Assembly: GCA_030704615.1 (NCBI GenBank)
Contig: CM060733.1
Span: 55,366,001 to 55,430,000, forward strand
Length of the DNA: 64,000 nt
From: Takakia lepidozioides
Lineage: Eukaryota; Plantae; Bryophyta
Direction of reading: 5' to 3'
In this document: positions 47,299 through 60,818 of the stretch, one piece after another
Position numbering within the stretch: position 1 is the first letter of the stretch
How the letters are laid out: each line of letters begins with the position of its first letter
The notes under the pieces: generated by a model
Database searches by the model: none
Told to the model about the DNA's origin: nothing
What the model saw: only the letters and a program-made list of their open reading frames with translations
Position numbers and translations under genes: made by a program

Positions 47299-50200
47299 TC
47301 AAAACTTGAATGTATTGACAAAAAAATGTCCATCTTTCAGAAAATTTGGCACCAAGTGGACAGCCCGTAGGATGTGACTTGTGCCCATGACCGTGTAGAT
47401 AACTGTGCTCGGCCATTGCAACTCTGGACATTGTACTAATTGATTGGTAGCATTTGCAGAAACATTTCGATACATGCGCAAGAAAGCAAGGTCTTTAGAA
47501 ACTATCGCATTGTTGAGTGTCACAAAGCTTGCTTGAAAGAAAAGGCGTACTTGCCCATAGTGTGTTCTCTCTTCTTCCCCTGCTGTTTCCATTTGCAATG
47601 CAACATTGCTGAACCATGCCCCACCATGAAAGTTAGAAGTAGCCCTCCCATACATAGGCCAGTCCGCAAACCGTTCAGTTGCTCCCATAGGTATGGCTAG
47701 AGAATTGTAAATCTTGAGAACCTGCTCTTCAACAGCAACAAAGACTCACTATGATTTACTTTTAACGTGCATGGATTGAAGCCAAAAAAGGCTAGCATTA
47801 TACCTCACAAATCCTCGTGAAATCTGTCTGGGAAACATAGCTCTCAAGAGCATCCAAAAGCCTCTGCATGATCGCTGGTTGTTGTGAGAGAATCTCTTGC
47901 CACCGTTTGGGATAGCAAACATTTGAATGTGATCCAGTCTCTGATTCGGAAGAAGACAGCTAGGACAATCGTAGGTTGGCCTTAGCTCCTACTAGTACAT
48001 TCATTCCGCTTTGCACTGCCTGCAAATACCACCATTATACTACCTCATCAATCAACAAGAAGCGATGTCCAACTGACTTAGAACCTTCATCCACAAAATT
48101 TGAAATTTGAGTGTGGGACACAAGAAACCAAAAATAAAACTTGAAAGCATAAGGTTCAAATTGTACCATATCTAGTGCTGTGACCTTCTCAAAGGAAGGA
48201 GGAGACCCTTCCAAATCTTTAGCACCCTCACGAAGAGCTTGAAGTCGTTGGTTATGTTTGACAATGTAACTTGAAAAATCTTTGCGGTTGCTTCCTCTGT
48301 ACGCAGTCTTCATGAGCACTATGTGCAGATGCTCGTCCATGTTTGAGCTGTACTCAAAAGGTGCCCCGGATCTTCGGATGGCATCGGCAAAATGCATCAT
48401 TGCATGCACTTTGACCAGGTTAAAGTCGGATTTCTGCCACGTTGAGAAAGTAACCTTGAATGTATTGATTGCTCTGACTCCACATACAACATCCAACACG
48501 AGTTCAGTGAGGCACATGATATATACGACTTGCTTACCAGTAAAAGTTCAATTCAATGTTTGCTCAAGAAGGATGTCCCAGTGTATAGTTATGAGATTCT
48601 TACTCCAGCATCAACGAATCCATTCGTGCAAGTGACTCATCATGATGTTCTTTGGTGCGACAAACAGCCTCATACTACCGCAAATATTTCACAACCGCTC
48701 CCACAATGTCCGGAGAAAAGAGACCCACCATAGAAAGTACAATAACCTGCAATTTTGAGGTCACAATGTCATGAGGAATTTCTTATGCACTTCAGGTACT
48801 TGAGTCACTTGCAAACATGAAATGAGAAATTACCTGCATAACAGAGCGATGTTCGAACGCAACAAAATTTGCATTTGAGGAGAAGTATCCTCCTTTGTCA
48901 GTGCCTGACACTCTGAATTCTGAAAATCTAGATACATGCTTGATTGCCAAAAGCCGTTGATCCAACTCCAAGAGGATCTTTTGTTGTGGCATGGACATTG
49001 CAATGTTCCGTAGAATGTCCACTAAAGTTTGGAAAACCCCCAAGTCCGATTGGTGGAGCATGTCCACATTGACTGCTCTGTAGGGATTCCCGAACTTTGT
49101 GTCGCCCCCATTAAAACCCCACAGAGCACACTGCAGACAACATACCATAACTAATAGTCAAAGATTATGTCAGCAAGTACTTGCACGTATGCGCCCACTG
49201 TCAAGAAGACAAACAAAATATCAATATATTTGAATTCAGTAATGCTTACCATGTGTTAGTAAGCAATTCAAAGGTAATTTAAGAGTGAGTTACCAACCTT
49301 GACAGGATGCAACGAATGTTTTCTGGACAAGTCCTTGGCAGCTTGCTTTGATGCTTTGAGCATCCGTTCCACAACCCTTTTCATTCCAACTTCAGTTCGA
49401 TATGGGAACTTCTCTCCAACTTCCCTTAGCATTTCCTTAGGGCAAAGGCACATACTGCAAGGTAGTTGACACTGGTTCGTGTCGTAAGTTGCAGTGACCT
49501 GTCCAAAACAAGATACTCATTAGACAAGAATGTTGCAAGAAACCTCCCAAAACCTAATTAGGTCATATGTTTATATCATTTCACCTTGCATCCTTCGGGA
49601 TGATCGCAAATGTACGCATAAAGAAGTGGAAATACCCACTGCTCATTGCCGAAAGGGTCTGATAAAGCTATGCCACTGCAAACAAAGGCAAAAAGTTAGA
49701 AATGGAGTTTCTTAATTGATTAATGCTCATACAAACATTCAACATTTAGTGGAAATGAAAGATTGGTGATGATTTAACCTATAACTAGCTTTTTTCAGTG
49801 GCTCCAAGATGTGGCTGAGGCAGTCATGAAAAATCTGTAGCCTTCGTTCATGTGACACCTCAGATGACAAAAAAATAGGTAGAACTGCAAGTAACAAATG
49901 TCCCTCGTCCATATATCTATTTTCGCATGCAATGTTTCCAATCGTCATAACAAGTGGATAGCCAGACATCCTTCCATCGTTGGATAAAGTTGTTTGATCA
50001 CTATACAAGATCAATGGTGCTACCACTGCTCCATCACATTTAATGTGTTCCTGCATTATGGACAAAACAGATGTGAAGATCTAGCTCACAAGGTATTGGT
50101 GAAGAACTAAGGGGAGTTTGTCATCATACAAGAAGAGTGGCTGGTCTTCAAGCAACAAGTTGGATTCAGAATGAGTCAAACAATCTCCATTAAGCTAGGG

Positions 50201-50395
50201 GATTGGACAATTTATGTGATATACCACTCCCATTGACAAACATACCTGCATTGTTTGCCACCATCGGCCAGTGTCGGGTGTAGAGAATCCCGAGTCATGG
50301 CGTACTATCCTTGGAGCCATTTGAAAGCCCTCTGCAACTTGTGGGGACGAGAAAAGAGACGCTAGAGCCTCAAGAGGATCTCGGTAGTATATTCA
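47299..50395 (-). pseudogene. Plavaka-type (CMC/EnSpm-related) transposase, multi-exon
   Basis: YRDPLEAL..TGRWWQ, PLILYSDQT..GYPLVMTIGNI, DMLHQ.DLG, FNLVKVHAMMHF..I..GAP..YS..EHLHI, ILRAVHLVPNF..FFVN. Confidence 0.85.
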
Positions 50396-53300
50396 GCACC
50401 TTGGTTCACTGGAGCTCAGACTAATATATTACAAAGACGTGCAGTGTGTTAGTCAGAAAAGGGTGAAGGAAGGAGGGTTAGTATGTACAGACGGAGCCAA
50501 TTGAATGGAGTGATCAAAATCTCCCAGTGCCTGCAGTGCTCCAATCTGCCTTGCGAGCAAGGGGGGTGCTACATGGTAAGCTGGCATTCAGACTTAAAGA
50601 GACTTCAATCAGATCTTCTTTTCCTGGGATAGTAGACATGTAAAGAGGCTCCCTGCTCTGAATACAAATATGTCACTGTAAAAGGTCTGGTGGAAAATTA
50701 TTAAATTGTTCCAAAATTGAGATCCACCCCTTTCGGTAGGTGTCAAAAGGAACTCACAGCAGAGGACTTTCCCTGCCTGGATCTCTTCCTGTGCATACTC
50801 ATGTGCGAGGGAGTTCGACTTCCAACGAACAGTTCACTAAAAATCCGCTATGAATTCGAATTTAAGCTCGTCACAACGTGATCAACACTGCCAGCCTGAG
50901 TGGGAACGAGCGACCAGGCGCTGTAGGGACGTCTCTACTGCATTATCTCGTCCAAAAACTGTCCATTCAATGCTAATCGATGTTAGTGGAAAGTGATGTT
51001 GAATCTGACGTAACAACATAGGCTTAGTTTAGTATCTACACATTGCATTGATTCAATCAAGAATTAGTAACTATCCATTTTAAACTGCTACAATACATAT
51101 GATATTCTAATTTAATTGTTAGGTTGATTTTACATTGTGCCACTCTTGAATTGGCTATGTTGTAGGTGAAATGTTGAAACTAGATTGAATTAGTGTTGAT
51201 CTTATAATCAAGGATCCCTTGCTTTGTTAGCATTGCATCATCAATAATTGAAAATACATAAATACGACGACATTAAAATAAATATTTAATTTTGTTTTCC
51301 ATAATGATTGAGACTACGTAGCTTTAACTACGATTCAAGTAGCCAGCAAGTTTCAGATGTTAGCCTTCTCGCTTAAAAAAAGAATCAAGCGGTACGCGTC
51401 TTAAGTTCTCTCTCTTCACTACAACACGCAAAGATCCATCAGGCGCGGTCAGTAAGTACTGCCCCCTAGTCCCGCAAGCATATTACTTTGAAAACACCAT
51501 GGGTCACCGCTGAAACATGATGGGTTACAAGTTACAAGTCCAGATTACATATCTGTTGTTGACAAAGCTGCAAACTATCATCTATCTCAAGAAATTCCTT
51601 AGAGATCTGAGATACTTCTCAGAATTGTAATGCCGTGCGACCAGCCGAGTGGTCAAACGTAGTTTGCAGACAACATTGATCAATATATTCTCACGTGTGG
51701 CTCAAAGTCTGACCAAGATTAATTTTAACCCAGCGCTCAAAATGCTCATATTATATAGATTCACCAAATTTAACCCCTTGAAGATCTAGGACTGGTCCTA
51801 ACGGCACGTACAGTGTTGCGGCGGTGGTATATGTTAAGCTGCAGCTTGATTCTGCAGCTTGCATTTTCACATCACTGCAGTGCTGAGCCGCCTCAACGAC
51901 AACGATAACGCTGATAACGAGCATGAGCGTAATAATACAAAGCTACATACCCTCCCCGACAGGAACCTTCGTGTCCTCGTTCCGTCAGACGGAAGCCGCC
52001 GGCCGTCGGGCGGCCGGCCATTCCATCCTCACAATCCTCCGTCGCCATGTTTGCAGGCATCTACGCCACCTTCACCGCCATCCCGACAGTCAAACAGCAC
52101 AAGGTTCTTGAGACACGGTGGTGGCTCACAAGCAAACGCTCACAAATGCTTGCCTTCGCTTTACTAACCCCGTCACTCTCCGGAGTCTACAGGTGACACC
52201 TGGCAAGATCAGAATTTTGTCCACGTGGACAGTCGTCGGTTTTTCGCGGTCAAAGTCAATGGATGGATTAATTCACAAAATTATTATTTTTTGGTTTATG
52301 TTTATTTATTTATCGTGTTTTTCTTTTTTTTTGGTTAACAGGGGAGGTCCCTGGTATTGTTTTCTTCTTCACCAATTCTGATTGAAATATAAGAAAATAA
52401 AGAAAATAAACAAATTGTTTCTCCGTTTCATGTCTGGGAAAATATTAATTAATATCTCAAAAACAAATCTCAATAACATAAAGTGAAAATTTGCACCAAA
52501 CCTTTCAGATAGATAAAGCTCCATACTAGGAACCCCCATAATTAGCAAAAGTAAAATTTCGTACCGATCAAAATTTTCTGAAATAATTTATTTTCCTCCT
52601 CCCTTTTATAAGCAGTAAATATTTTCAAAAACAGATATTGTAATATTCTTTATTTAAGTTTTATTTTTAGAACTATTGTCTAAAATTAGGGTGGAAGTGG
52701 TTGAGGGTGTGGGCCTACTAGTTCCTTTTCCGGGGAATGGTGTAAATAATTGTTTTTCCTAAAGTCTCTTTCCTGCTCTTTGGACCCTCTTTTTGTGCCC
52801 TTTACTGTGGACCCAATGGAGCCATAAATAACTGGGCTACATAGGGAGTCATACCGATGACCCCACCTCCACTATTACTAATCAAGCTTCCGGCAGTAAT
52901 AAAATTTTAATGCCTTAAAGTATTACATTCCACACCAAATTTACATCCACTGAATCTAAGCTTCGTTCCCGAATACGTCGGCCACATTCCTTCCCTATTC
53001 ACACTTATTGGACAAACAGTCGGCGCCGTTGTTGCCATGTTGCCCGGCCGGGCATCACTCAGTGGGGCGCAACTTCCCACCCCATGTCGCCACAAATTAC
53101 AAATCAAACATGCCACTTTGAATTTTATGTTCCTTTCCCTCCGTTATTTTGACGCAATGCACCACTTTCCTTCCAAGAGGAACCTCGGTGGAGATAATTC
53201 CTCACCTGGAGGAGAATATCGGTTTCGGACATAATCGCCATGGGGTGTAAGTTGGTAATGTGTGTGACGATCGTGAATGTAGCCGGATTGGTTGCATGTG

Positions 53301-53708
53301 ACGACGTGCGGAATCCCGAAGGGGAAATTACAGACATGTTGACAATTGTTCAAATGCAATGGACAAAGGGAGACAAAGTTGGAAAGAAAAGAAAAAGAGA
53401 AGGAAACTGCTCCCTTGGATTTTATATTCATGTATTTTCATCCATGTTACAGAAATTTCGTGGATGTGGATGGATGACATCCATGCTCTGGCCATGCCTT
53501 TCCCTCCTTTAACTTAGCTGCAAAAAAGCGACGGAGGAGAGAGAGAGATTATTGTGCAGCGAGTGCTGGTTGCATGGGACACGGAGGCGCTATCATTGCT
53601 GCTTCCACATCCTTCTTCCTTTTCTCCTTGCTTGTAGCTGAGCAGATTGAGCTCAACAATTCTGCGAATTGGCTGCATGCCCACAGACAGCAGTTTCTAG
53701 TTCCTGAG

Positions 53709-53778
53709 GAGAGAGAGAGAGAGAGAGAGACTGATTGTTGATAAGAGATTGATTGTTAGAAAAGAGAGAGAGAGAGAG
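53709..53778. repeat. (GA)n tracts upstream of the SCR start codon
   Basis: Read directly. Confidence 0.8.
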
Positions 53779-53951
53779 GGATGGGAGACGTGGTGAAACA
53801 GAAAGATCCGGGTTGGGTTGATTTGCAAAGGTTCAATATGAGGTAGAAGGGGTGAGTGCATCCCGAGAGAGAGAGATGGATGTTTGATTTGAAGTGTAGC
53901 TGAATTTTTGGAAAGGAAGGGGGGTGATATTGGGGAAGAGAGGAATTGGGC

Positions 53952-56405
53952 ATGGCCGCTTTGTGTGTGAATCAGAGAGACCGATTGGTTCCGCTGCAGT
54001 TGAAGCAGCGGGTGCTGGATTCCAGTGCGTACAAGAGGGGGTCAGTGCGTGAGGGAGGAGAGCCGGGTGTGGTTGATAACAGCTCGGGTGGCTCCAGCCC
54101 TTGTAATAGCTGCTCAGCCTTGGGGAAAGGAGATGGAGAGGGTGGAGGGGATGTGACGGGGCCACTGAAGAAACAGACAGGGCCTGTCTCTGTGCTGGAT
54201 TTTGGAAGCCCGAAGTGGGCAATCAATGGCGTTGTGAGCCCAGTGTTCTCTCCTGGTGGGCCAAGCTATGGTTCCAGCCCCACCTTGCTGTCCTCGAACA
54301 GCGGTGGGGCGTGGCCGGTTATGCCCCACTCAAATGTCACGTCGAATCTCCAGTTCCCATCCGTGGGTGGATTTTCGACTTCATCTTGTAATTCGGGCGG
54401 CACTGTCTCTCTCCATGGTCAAGTTGTCACATGTCAAAAGCTTTCACCTTCCACTCTCTATCAAAGCCCGTCTGGGCAAGAGAATTCGGGCAAGTCTACT
54501 GCTGTGTGGGGCAAGATTGAAGAACCTCCCACGCAGCAGGAGCTGTCTGTGCAGGAAAATGCGCTGGGCACCGTTGGCTATGGGGGAGGCGAGAGAGAAA
54601 ATTTGGCACCTGGACAGCACACGATGGACGAGGCAACTGCTGCTGCGTGGCTTGACGGGATGGTGATAGAGTTGATGGAGGCCATGCCTGGCATACCCGT
54701 AGATCAGCTCTTGAGGAGTTTGTCTGAGGCATCCAACAACCAACTGGGGGTGGCCATAGATGCACGCCTCCGGTCCCTTTCGAGTTTGGGTGGGGGCCAC
54801 CAGCTCTACAACCTGCCACCCCCAGCAGCCATGACCAACACAGACAGTCGACCGGGCAAACGCATGCGGCCAACCTTTGAAAGTGGGCCGGGTGAAGTCC
54901 ACGATGAGTTGATGTTGCAAAGAGCCCGGGGTTTGCCTCCACGTTCACCTCTCAAACAATCCCATCAGACGGGGCCCTCATTGTGGCAACCTGACCGTGA
55001 ACAATGGTTGGGATCTCAAAAAGGGCCCCAGAATTCTCTTAAGCTTTCTCTTCAGCCGCTCATGGATGGAGGAGAAGGGGGGCAGAATACGCAGTTCACA
55101 ATCATGGAAGAGTTTCATGATATGCGTGTTAGAGATCTCGGTTTGTCACCATGTCAGCCTTCCCCTACTACGTCCTTTCCGATGCAGCAGTTTTCTCCCG
55201 GCCCTCTATCCCAAGTCTCAAGCCACCAAACGACTGAGACTCAGACAGGCGGGTGCGATTCAGGAGTGACTAATTCCAGTATCGAACAGATCACTGCCTC
55301 CAATGAAGAAGGGCTACAGCTCCTTGCCCTCCTCCTCCAGTGTGCTGAGGCTGTATCCGCGGACAATTTCGAGGAAGCTAATTTGATTCTTCCCCAATTG
55401 AACGAGCTGGCATCCCCATACGGATCTTCCATACACCGGGTGGCTGCCTATTTCGGTGAAGGTATGGCTGCTCGGCTAGTGAGTGCTTGCCTGGGTATGT
55501 TCGCACCGTTGCCAGGAATGCAGCTGGTAAGCAACCAAATTATTGTCTCCGCCTTCCAAGTCTTCAATGAGATCTGCCCTTTTGTGAAGTTTTCGCATTT
55601 TACTGCGAATCAGGTGATCCTGGACGCCTTTGAGGGAGAAGACTGTGTTCACATTATTGATATCGATATCATGCAAGGCTTACAGTGGCCTGCTCTCTTC
55701 CACATTCTTGCCTCAAGACCAGGAGGCCCACCACATATTCGAATCACTGGTCTTGGGACCTCTATGGAATCTCTGGAAGCAACGGGTAGAAGGTTGGCAG
55801 ATTTTGCACATAGTCTGGGACTTCCCTTTGAATACAACCCTGTGGCTGATAGAGTGGGCAATGTAAACCCGTCAATTCTTAAAGTGAGAGGAGGAGATGC
55901 TCTTGCTGTACACTGGATGCACCATTCTCTCTACGACATAACAGGGTCTGATCAACGGACGCTAAGCATACTTCGAGAGCTCTCACCCAAAGTGGTGACC
56001 ATGGTGGAACAAGATCTCAGCCACCGGGGCAGTTTTCTGAACCGATTTGTTGAGGCTCTCCACTACTACTCTGCCTTGTTTGATTCTCTGGGGGCTAGCT
56101 ACCCAGATGAAAGTCCAGAGCGACACATGGTTGAGCAACAGCTCCTCTCATGTGAGATTAAGAACATCTTGGCTGTTGGGGGGCCTGCGCGCACTGGGGA
56201 AGTGAAATTTGAGTACTGGAAAGATCATCTACAACAGGTTGGATTCAAGCCTGTCTCACTTAGTGGGAAACCCGCGACCCAGGCAGCTCTTCTTTTAGGG
56301 ATGTTCCCATGCGAAGGCTACACACTGGTGCAGCAAGAGGGGACATTGAAGCTTGGATGGAAAGATCTTTCTCTCTTCACTGCCTCTGCCTGGCGTTCCA
56401 GCTAG
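53952..56405 (+). CDS. SCR: SCARECROW-type GRAS transcription factor, single exon
   Basis: [43 protein letters not shown] and [14 protein letters not shown]. Confidence 0.92.
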   Translation: MAALCVNQRDRLVPLQLKQRVLDSSAYKRGSVREGGEPGVVDNSSGGSSPCNSCSALGKGDGEGGGDVTGPLKKQTGPVSVLDFGSPKWAINGVVSPVFSPGGPSYGSSPTLLSSNSGGAWPVMPHSNVTSNLQFPSVGGFSTSSCNSGGTVSLHGQVVTCQKLSPSTLYQSPSGQENSGKSTAVWGKIEEPPTQQELSVQENALGTVGYGGGERENLAPGQHTMDEATAAAWLDGMVIELMEAMPGIPVDQLLRSLSEASNNQLGVAIDARLRSLSSLGGGHQLYNLPPPAAMTNTDSRPGKRMRPTFESGPGEVHDELMLQRARGLPPRSPLKQSHQTGPSLWQPDREQWLGSQKGPQNSLKLSLQPLMDGGEGGQNTQFTIMEEFHDMRVRDLGLSPCQPSPTTSFPMQQFSPGPLSQVSSHQTTETQTGGCDSGVTNSSIEQITASNEEGLQLLALLLQCAEAVSADNFEEANLILPQLNELASPYGSSIHRVAAYFGEGMAARLVSACLGMFAPLPGMQLVSNQIIVSAFQVFNEICPFVKFSHFTANQVILDAFEGEDCVHIIDIDIMQGLQWPALFHILASRPGGPPHIRITGLGTSMESLEATGRRLADFAHSLGLPFEYNPVADRVGNVNPSILKVRGGDALAVHWMHHSLYDITGSDQRTLSILRELSPKVVTMVEQDLSHRGSFLNRFVEALHYYSALFDSLGASYPDESPERHMVEQQLLSCEIKNILAVGGPARTGEVKFEYWKDHLQQVGFKPVSLSGKPATQAALLLGMFPCEGYTLVQQEGTLKLGWKDLSLFTASAWRSS

Positions 56406-57881
56406 TACCACTTGTACTACAAAACGTGAAATTTGGTGGGTGGGAGAGCAAGAGAGAGACACGTGAGGGGGAAAGAGCTCTAGACTGTAGCTATGAGGTC
56501 CCTTTATGTCTGTTCTGCTTGCTGCCCACTTGGATGCAGTGAGCAAGAGAGAGGGATACTTCATTAGTCACAAGATGCTTCCGGACCGCACTTTGGTAGG
56601 CACTCCGATGGGGCCCACACCCAGAATGGAGGAGATGTCAATATGACCTCCGGGACGATTGGACCAGTTTCTGGACTGGAGGGTTTAGGCATTCCTTCCA
56701 GAAGGTGGGAGAGGAGTAAAACTCTTAGAAGAGAAGGGCCACTGCTATGGCATCTCAGAACTTCCACTGCCTGTAAACAAGAGGGGAGACAAATGGAGTG
56801 GTGCACATTTCGCAGCTCACATCTCAACACATCACCATTCAAGCCAGGCTATTACCATAAACCTTAGAAAGCAGCATAAAACATGCCTTGGGTTGAAATT
56901 TTCACAAAGCATGCGCAGGCCAAAAATTGTTCATGTTGTTGTTTGATGCATTGGCACCCAACAATGAACTTGCCACACAGTCACCCCCAAGTTCTCCCAG
57001 GTATCATTGTGGATGAGAGTCTCCAATCCATAGAATTTTCATTAGCAGTACATATCAGGTAATTGTACAGGACACCAATCAATCTGGATGCAGATCGGCA
57101 TAGGTCACATGCATGCCTTGGTAGTTCTCTTCACGGAGTATTTCTTTGGAATATGTAGTTTACCAATGTTATACATGAAAACTTGTGGAGTGAGTACTGG
57201 CAATAGCAAGCTATCCACAATAATTGAACAATTTTCTATCTAGCTGCTTGAGGGAATGGAGTGAACATGACACATTTATGTGACTGAAGACCAATCTTTA
57301 AGACAGTGGGTAGATTTTGGAAAGTGGAAGAGAATGTACTCACAATGGGTAGAGGAGAGCAAGAAACAGTGAGAATAAATGTACTCATGCTGTTCCCTGC
57401 AAATGCCATTGCGCAAGAGAGGGAGAGAGAGAGAGAGAGAGCTTTCCACATTTGGTTGCAGTGCCAGGAAGAGGCAAAAGGACACATATCACCTCTCAAC
57501 TTCAAGCCTACAGCAATGCATCACAGGACCAGCACATGCCAAGACATACTAAGTTAACATACGACTCGCAAGCTGATTTGTTGTACTTTATTAAATTTTC
57601 CACCTTGGCTTAAGTCCTGGATTACATTGAAGATATTTCTCTCATCTGAACAAAATTACTTTTTTCTTAAAAATAAGATCCTGCATTTTGAGACTCCAAG
57701 GAAACACAAAAACACATTCCAGTTCCACCCCATGTTCTTGCTGACCAAGGTGAATGAATTTAAGAGTCCCAAAAAACCTCCCTCCTAAGTTCATAAACAT
57801 TTGATCTTGCAACACCAAAACTGGCACTGTTAACAAGAGAGAGTGGGAGAGATGCTATCAGTGGCTTCATGAGCCAGACAC

Positions 57882-60332
57882 CTACTTCTTTGCATACGAA
57901 ACCTGCATGGCATGACTGGGTGTGATCTTGAAGTTTTGCAGGGCAGAAAGGGCAACCGACGACTGCATATCCTCCCCAAACTCAACAAATGCAATCCCAG
58001 GTTTTGCCTCTATCATGCGAACCTCCTTGAAGCCCGGAAACTGCTGGAAGAGCATCTGGATTGCCAAGTTGGTAGCCTCATGTGGCAGATTCTGCACAAA
58101 GAGGATGCTATTCGGAGGGGCTGGTGCCTCTGGCACTACTGGCCTGGGTGGCTGATATTGCTGTGGCTGAGAAGCCTGCACATTGCAAGCATTCAGTTGG
58201 CATGCCTAGGACAAACTTTACAGAAACAGAAACCACTGATAATGGATTTTTGTGAAACAATGGGGAAGCTAACTGATATTTCACCTGAGAGGAAACAGCA
58301 ACAATATAATATGATTCATGATGTTCGAGGTGCAGTTGTCAAAGAACATAGGAGTGCAATTACTCACAGGAGGAACTACACCATATGGTGGTGGGTAGGC
58401 GGCCGCAGGAGCTGTCGTGGCTGGTGCATCAGCTTGCTGCTCCCGCCGTTTTCTCTCAGCTGCCAGGCATGGACACGCACATACAGACACATATCAGAAG
58501 TTATGGTTGTAGAGAAAAACCAAAAAGCTAGGACAAAGTCTCCTAGTTAGATTTAAAGTCTCCTACCAAGACCAGGTAGACTTTGGCGAGGAACTGCACA
58601 ATCGAGCTTAACTTCCTTGAAGGCTTTATCAGTGTCAACAGTAAGGGCTCCCTCCGTAGGCATGTAGACACATCCCACAAAGAGATAACTTCAAGAAGGG
58701 CTTGTTACCTTTCTCTTCTTGCTTCTTCCGTTTTTCTTTGGGGACATAGGTTCCATCTGCTTTGGTTATTGCGTCAGACACCGTCTTGGCATATTGTATT
58801 CTCTGTTCACAATACCAGCCACAGTCGTCAATCCACATCCTTGCTTAAACATTGCTGAGATACTCATTGTCTGTGGTTTTCACGTGTTTACAGCAGACAG
58901 GAAATGAAATTGATGTGACCTGAAATCCATATCTGGAACCTACAAAATGCCTACAAAAGACAATTCACATGGCCCCACTCACCATGACAATACATACCAT
59001 CCACAGGAACTGACACTTCATCCACAAGCAGATATCTTATCTATTTTGAGATGAGGCCAAAAGTTCATCACAAGTACCCACCATGGATTTGTCATAGAAA
59101 GGAAAACCCTGCATTTGACGGAGCGCATTTGTAGCCGCAGTGACATCATCAAATACCACCCATGCCTGTCCCCGAAGCTTCAAAGTCTTACAGGCCACAA
59201 TGTCCAAAATCTTGCCAAACTGGGAGAATACTGCATAGAGTGATTTCTTCAGCTCTGCCCATACAAAACCACAACCAATAAATTATAGAGATATTTGAGA
59301 GAAGGCAGCAAGCAATGACATCTTCTTGTTCAGCTTGACCTGGCAGGGTTTTACAGAATCATGTTGAAAATGTCAAAACCAACCCCTTCACTCTCACCTT
59401 TATTTCATTTTTATAGCTGAGCCAAGGATTGGGGTACTACAAAGGTCAAACAAGACTCCCTGCCCTGACATCCCTGCCCTGTCAAGTTGCTGTATACCTG
59501 TCACTGACTGTCTTCAACAATTAGGGCAAATATGCCATCATGCTGAGAGAGGCAGATAATGCTCTAATCTTTCCTAGAAGGAAAGACCTCACACTCATCC
59601 TTTCAGAAGAGCAAGAGAATGACTAACACGCTCAGAATATACCCACGCCACACACAATATCAGACAAGCCTAAAGTTCAGTACACTTCAAGTCGCCTGCA
59701 CCAGGACACTTAAGTGCATGTGCTATGTGCAGAACTCTAGGGTTCTCCTTGCTTCATGGAAATTTAATAATTACAGCTTTCCATTCCTCACTTACACGAC
59801 AGCATATGCGGGAATGGAGGTTTCTTGTCTTGGGGAAGATACCCTTGACATCCTCTTACTCTTTTCTTCTGTGTATTTGTAATCCTTCATTTGTGTTCAA
59901 AACAATCTTCTAAAAGGAACAACGGCAATAACATTTACTCACGAACACATTGAAACCACACTACTTGTTTTTGAGGTTTAATGTTTTCATCCTCGACATA
60001 CACTACAACAGCAGCTCAATAACTGAAGCCAAGCCACCTTTTCATGATCGCAATGATTCTCGGAGTGAAAAAGGCACCAGTGACATTTCAAGTGCTACTT
60101 GTAACCTAATCAACGCAGCTGCAGAGCTTCCAAGGAACCAGAAAGAGCAGCGCAGTTCAAGACTTTTAAAACCCCACATACACGTAACTAGGTCCAAGAG
60201 GCGTTGTTCCAGCAGTAAGTAGCAAGGACAAGGAGCCACATAAATGCAGAAACACATACCTTCCTTCTTGATTTTTTCATTGAGATTATTGATGTAGATG
60301 GTCCGGTTCGGTGGCGTGTCCGCATGCATCAT
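57882..60332 (-). CDS. U1A/U2B'' family spliceosomal RRM protein (5 exons), U2B''-like
   Basis: [41 protein letters not shown]; RIQYAK; second [22 protein letters not shown]. Confidence 0.93.
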
Positions 60333-60818
60333 CGTGCCCATGCCTTCCGCCTTCTTCCCCTCCTTATTGCAACCACCCACTCTCTATATCGTCCTCCCTC
60401 GTCTCTCTCGCTCGCTGGGCCGCGCTCCGCTTGCCTGCCAAGGAGGCTGCCCTGCAAGACTTGCTCTCACACAAACTAAGCACGGAACTCTCAAACTAAA
60501 GGCTAAGTTTAGAACTTAGCCTCTAAACTTAGCCTCTATTGGACGAAGAGAAACGTACGTCCATTTTTCGTTGGACAAATTCTTCAGACAAACTATCTCG
60601 ACGACTTACACCGACGAGATATTTGGACGAGGCTGTGCTGGACGACAAGATGTGGACGTAGAGTGGGTTCTGCGTTCGGTAAGCAGCTGCTCCCAGCATT
60701 CTGCGAGGACGAGAAAGAGAAGGGGATTGCTAAGTAAGAGCTTTTAGAGCTTTTAGAGCTTTTTGTTGTTGGCAGCTCAGTGTTTGTGTGTGTGTGTGAG
60801 GGAGAGAGAGGAGCACAC

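Noticed and set aside
51417-51424. CACTACAA as a CACTA terminal inverted repeat
   Set aside because: No matching inverted partner or TSD was found, and the same 8-mer occurs in a host intron at 60001.
51859-53512. Short ORFs upstream of SCR
   Set aside because: No recognisable motifs; AT-rich intergenic or promoter DNA.
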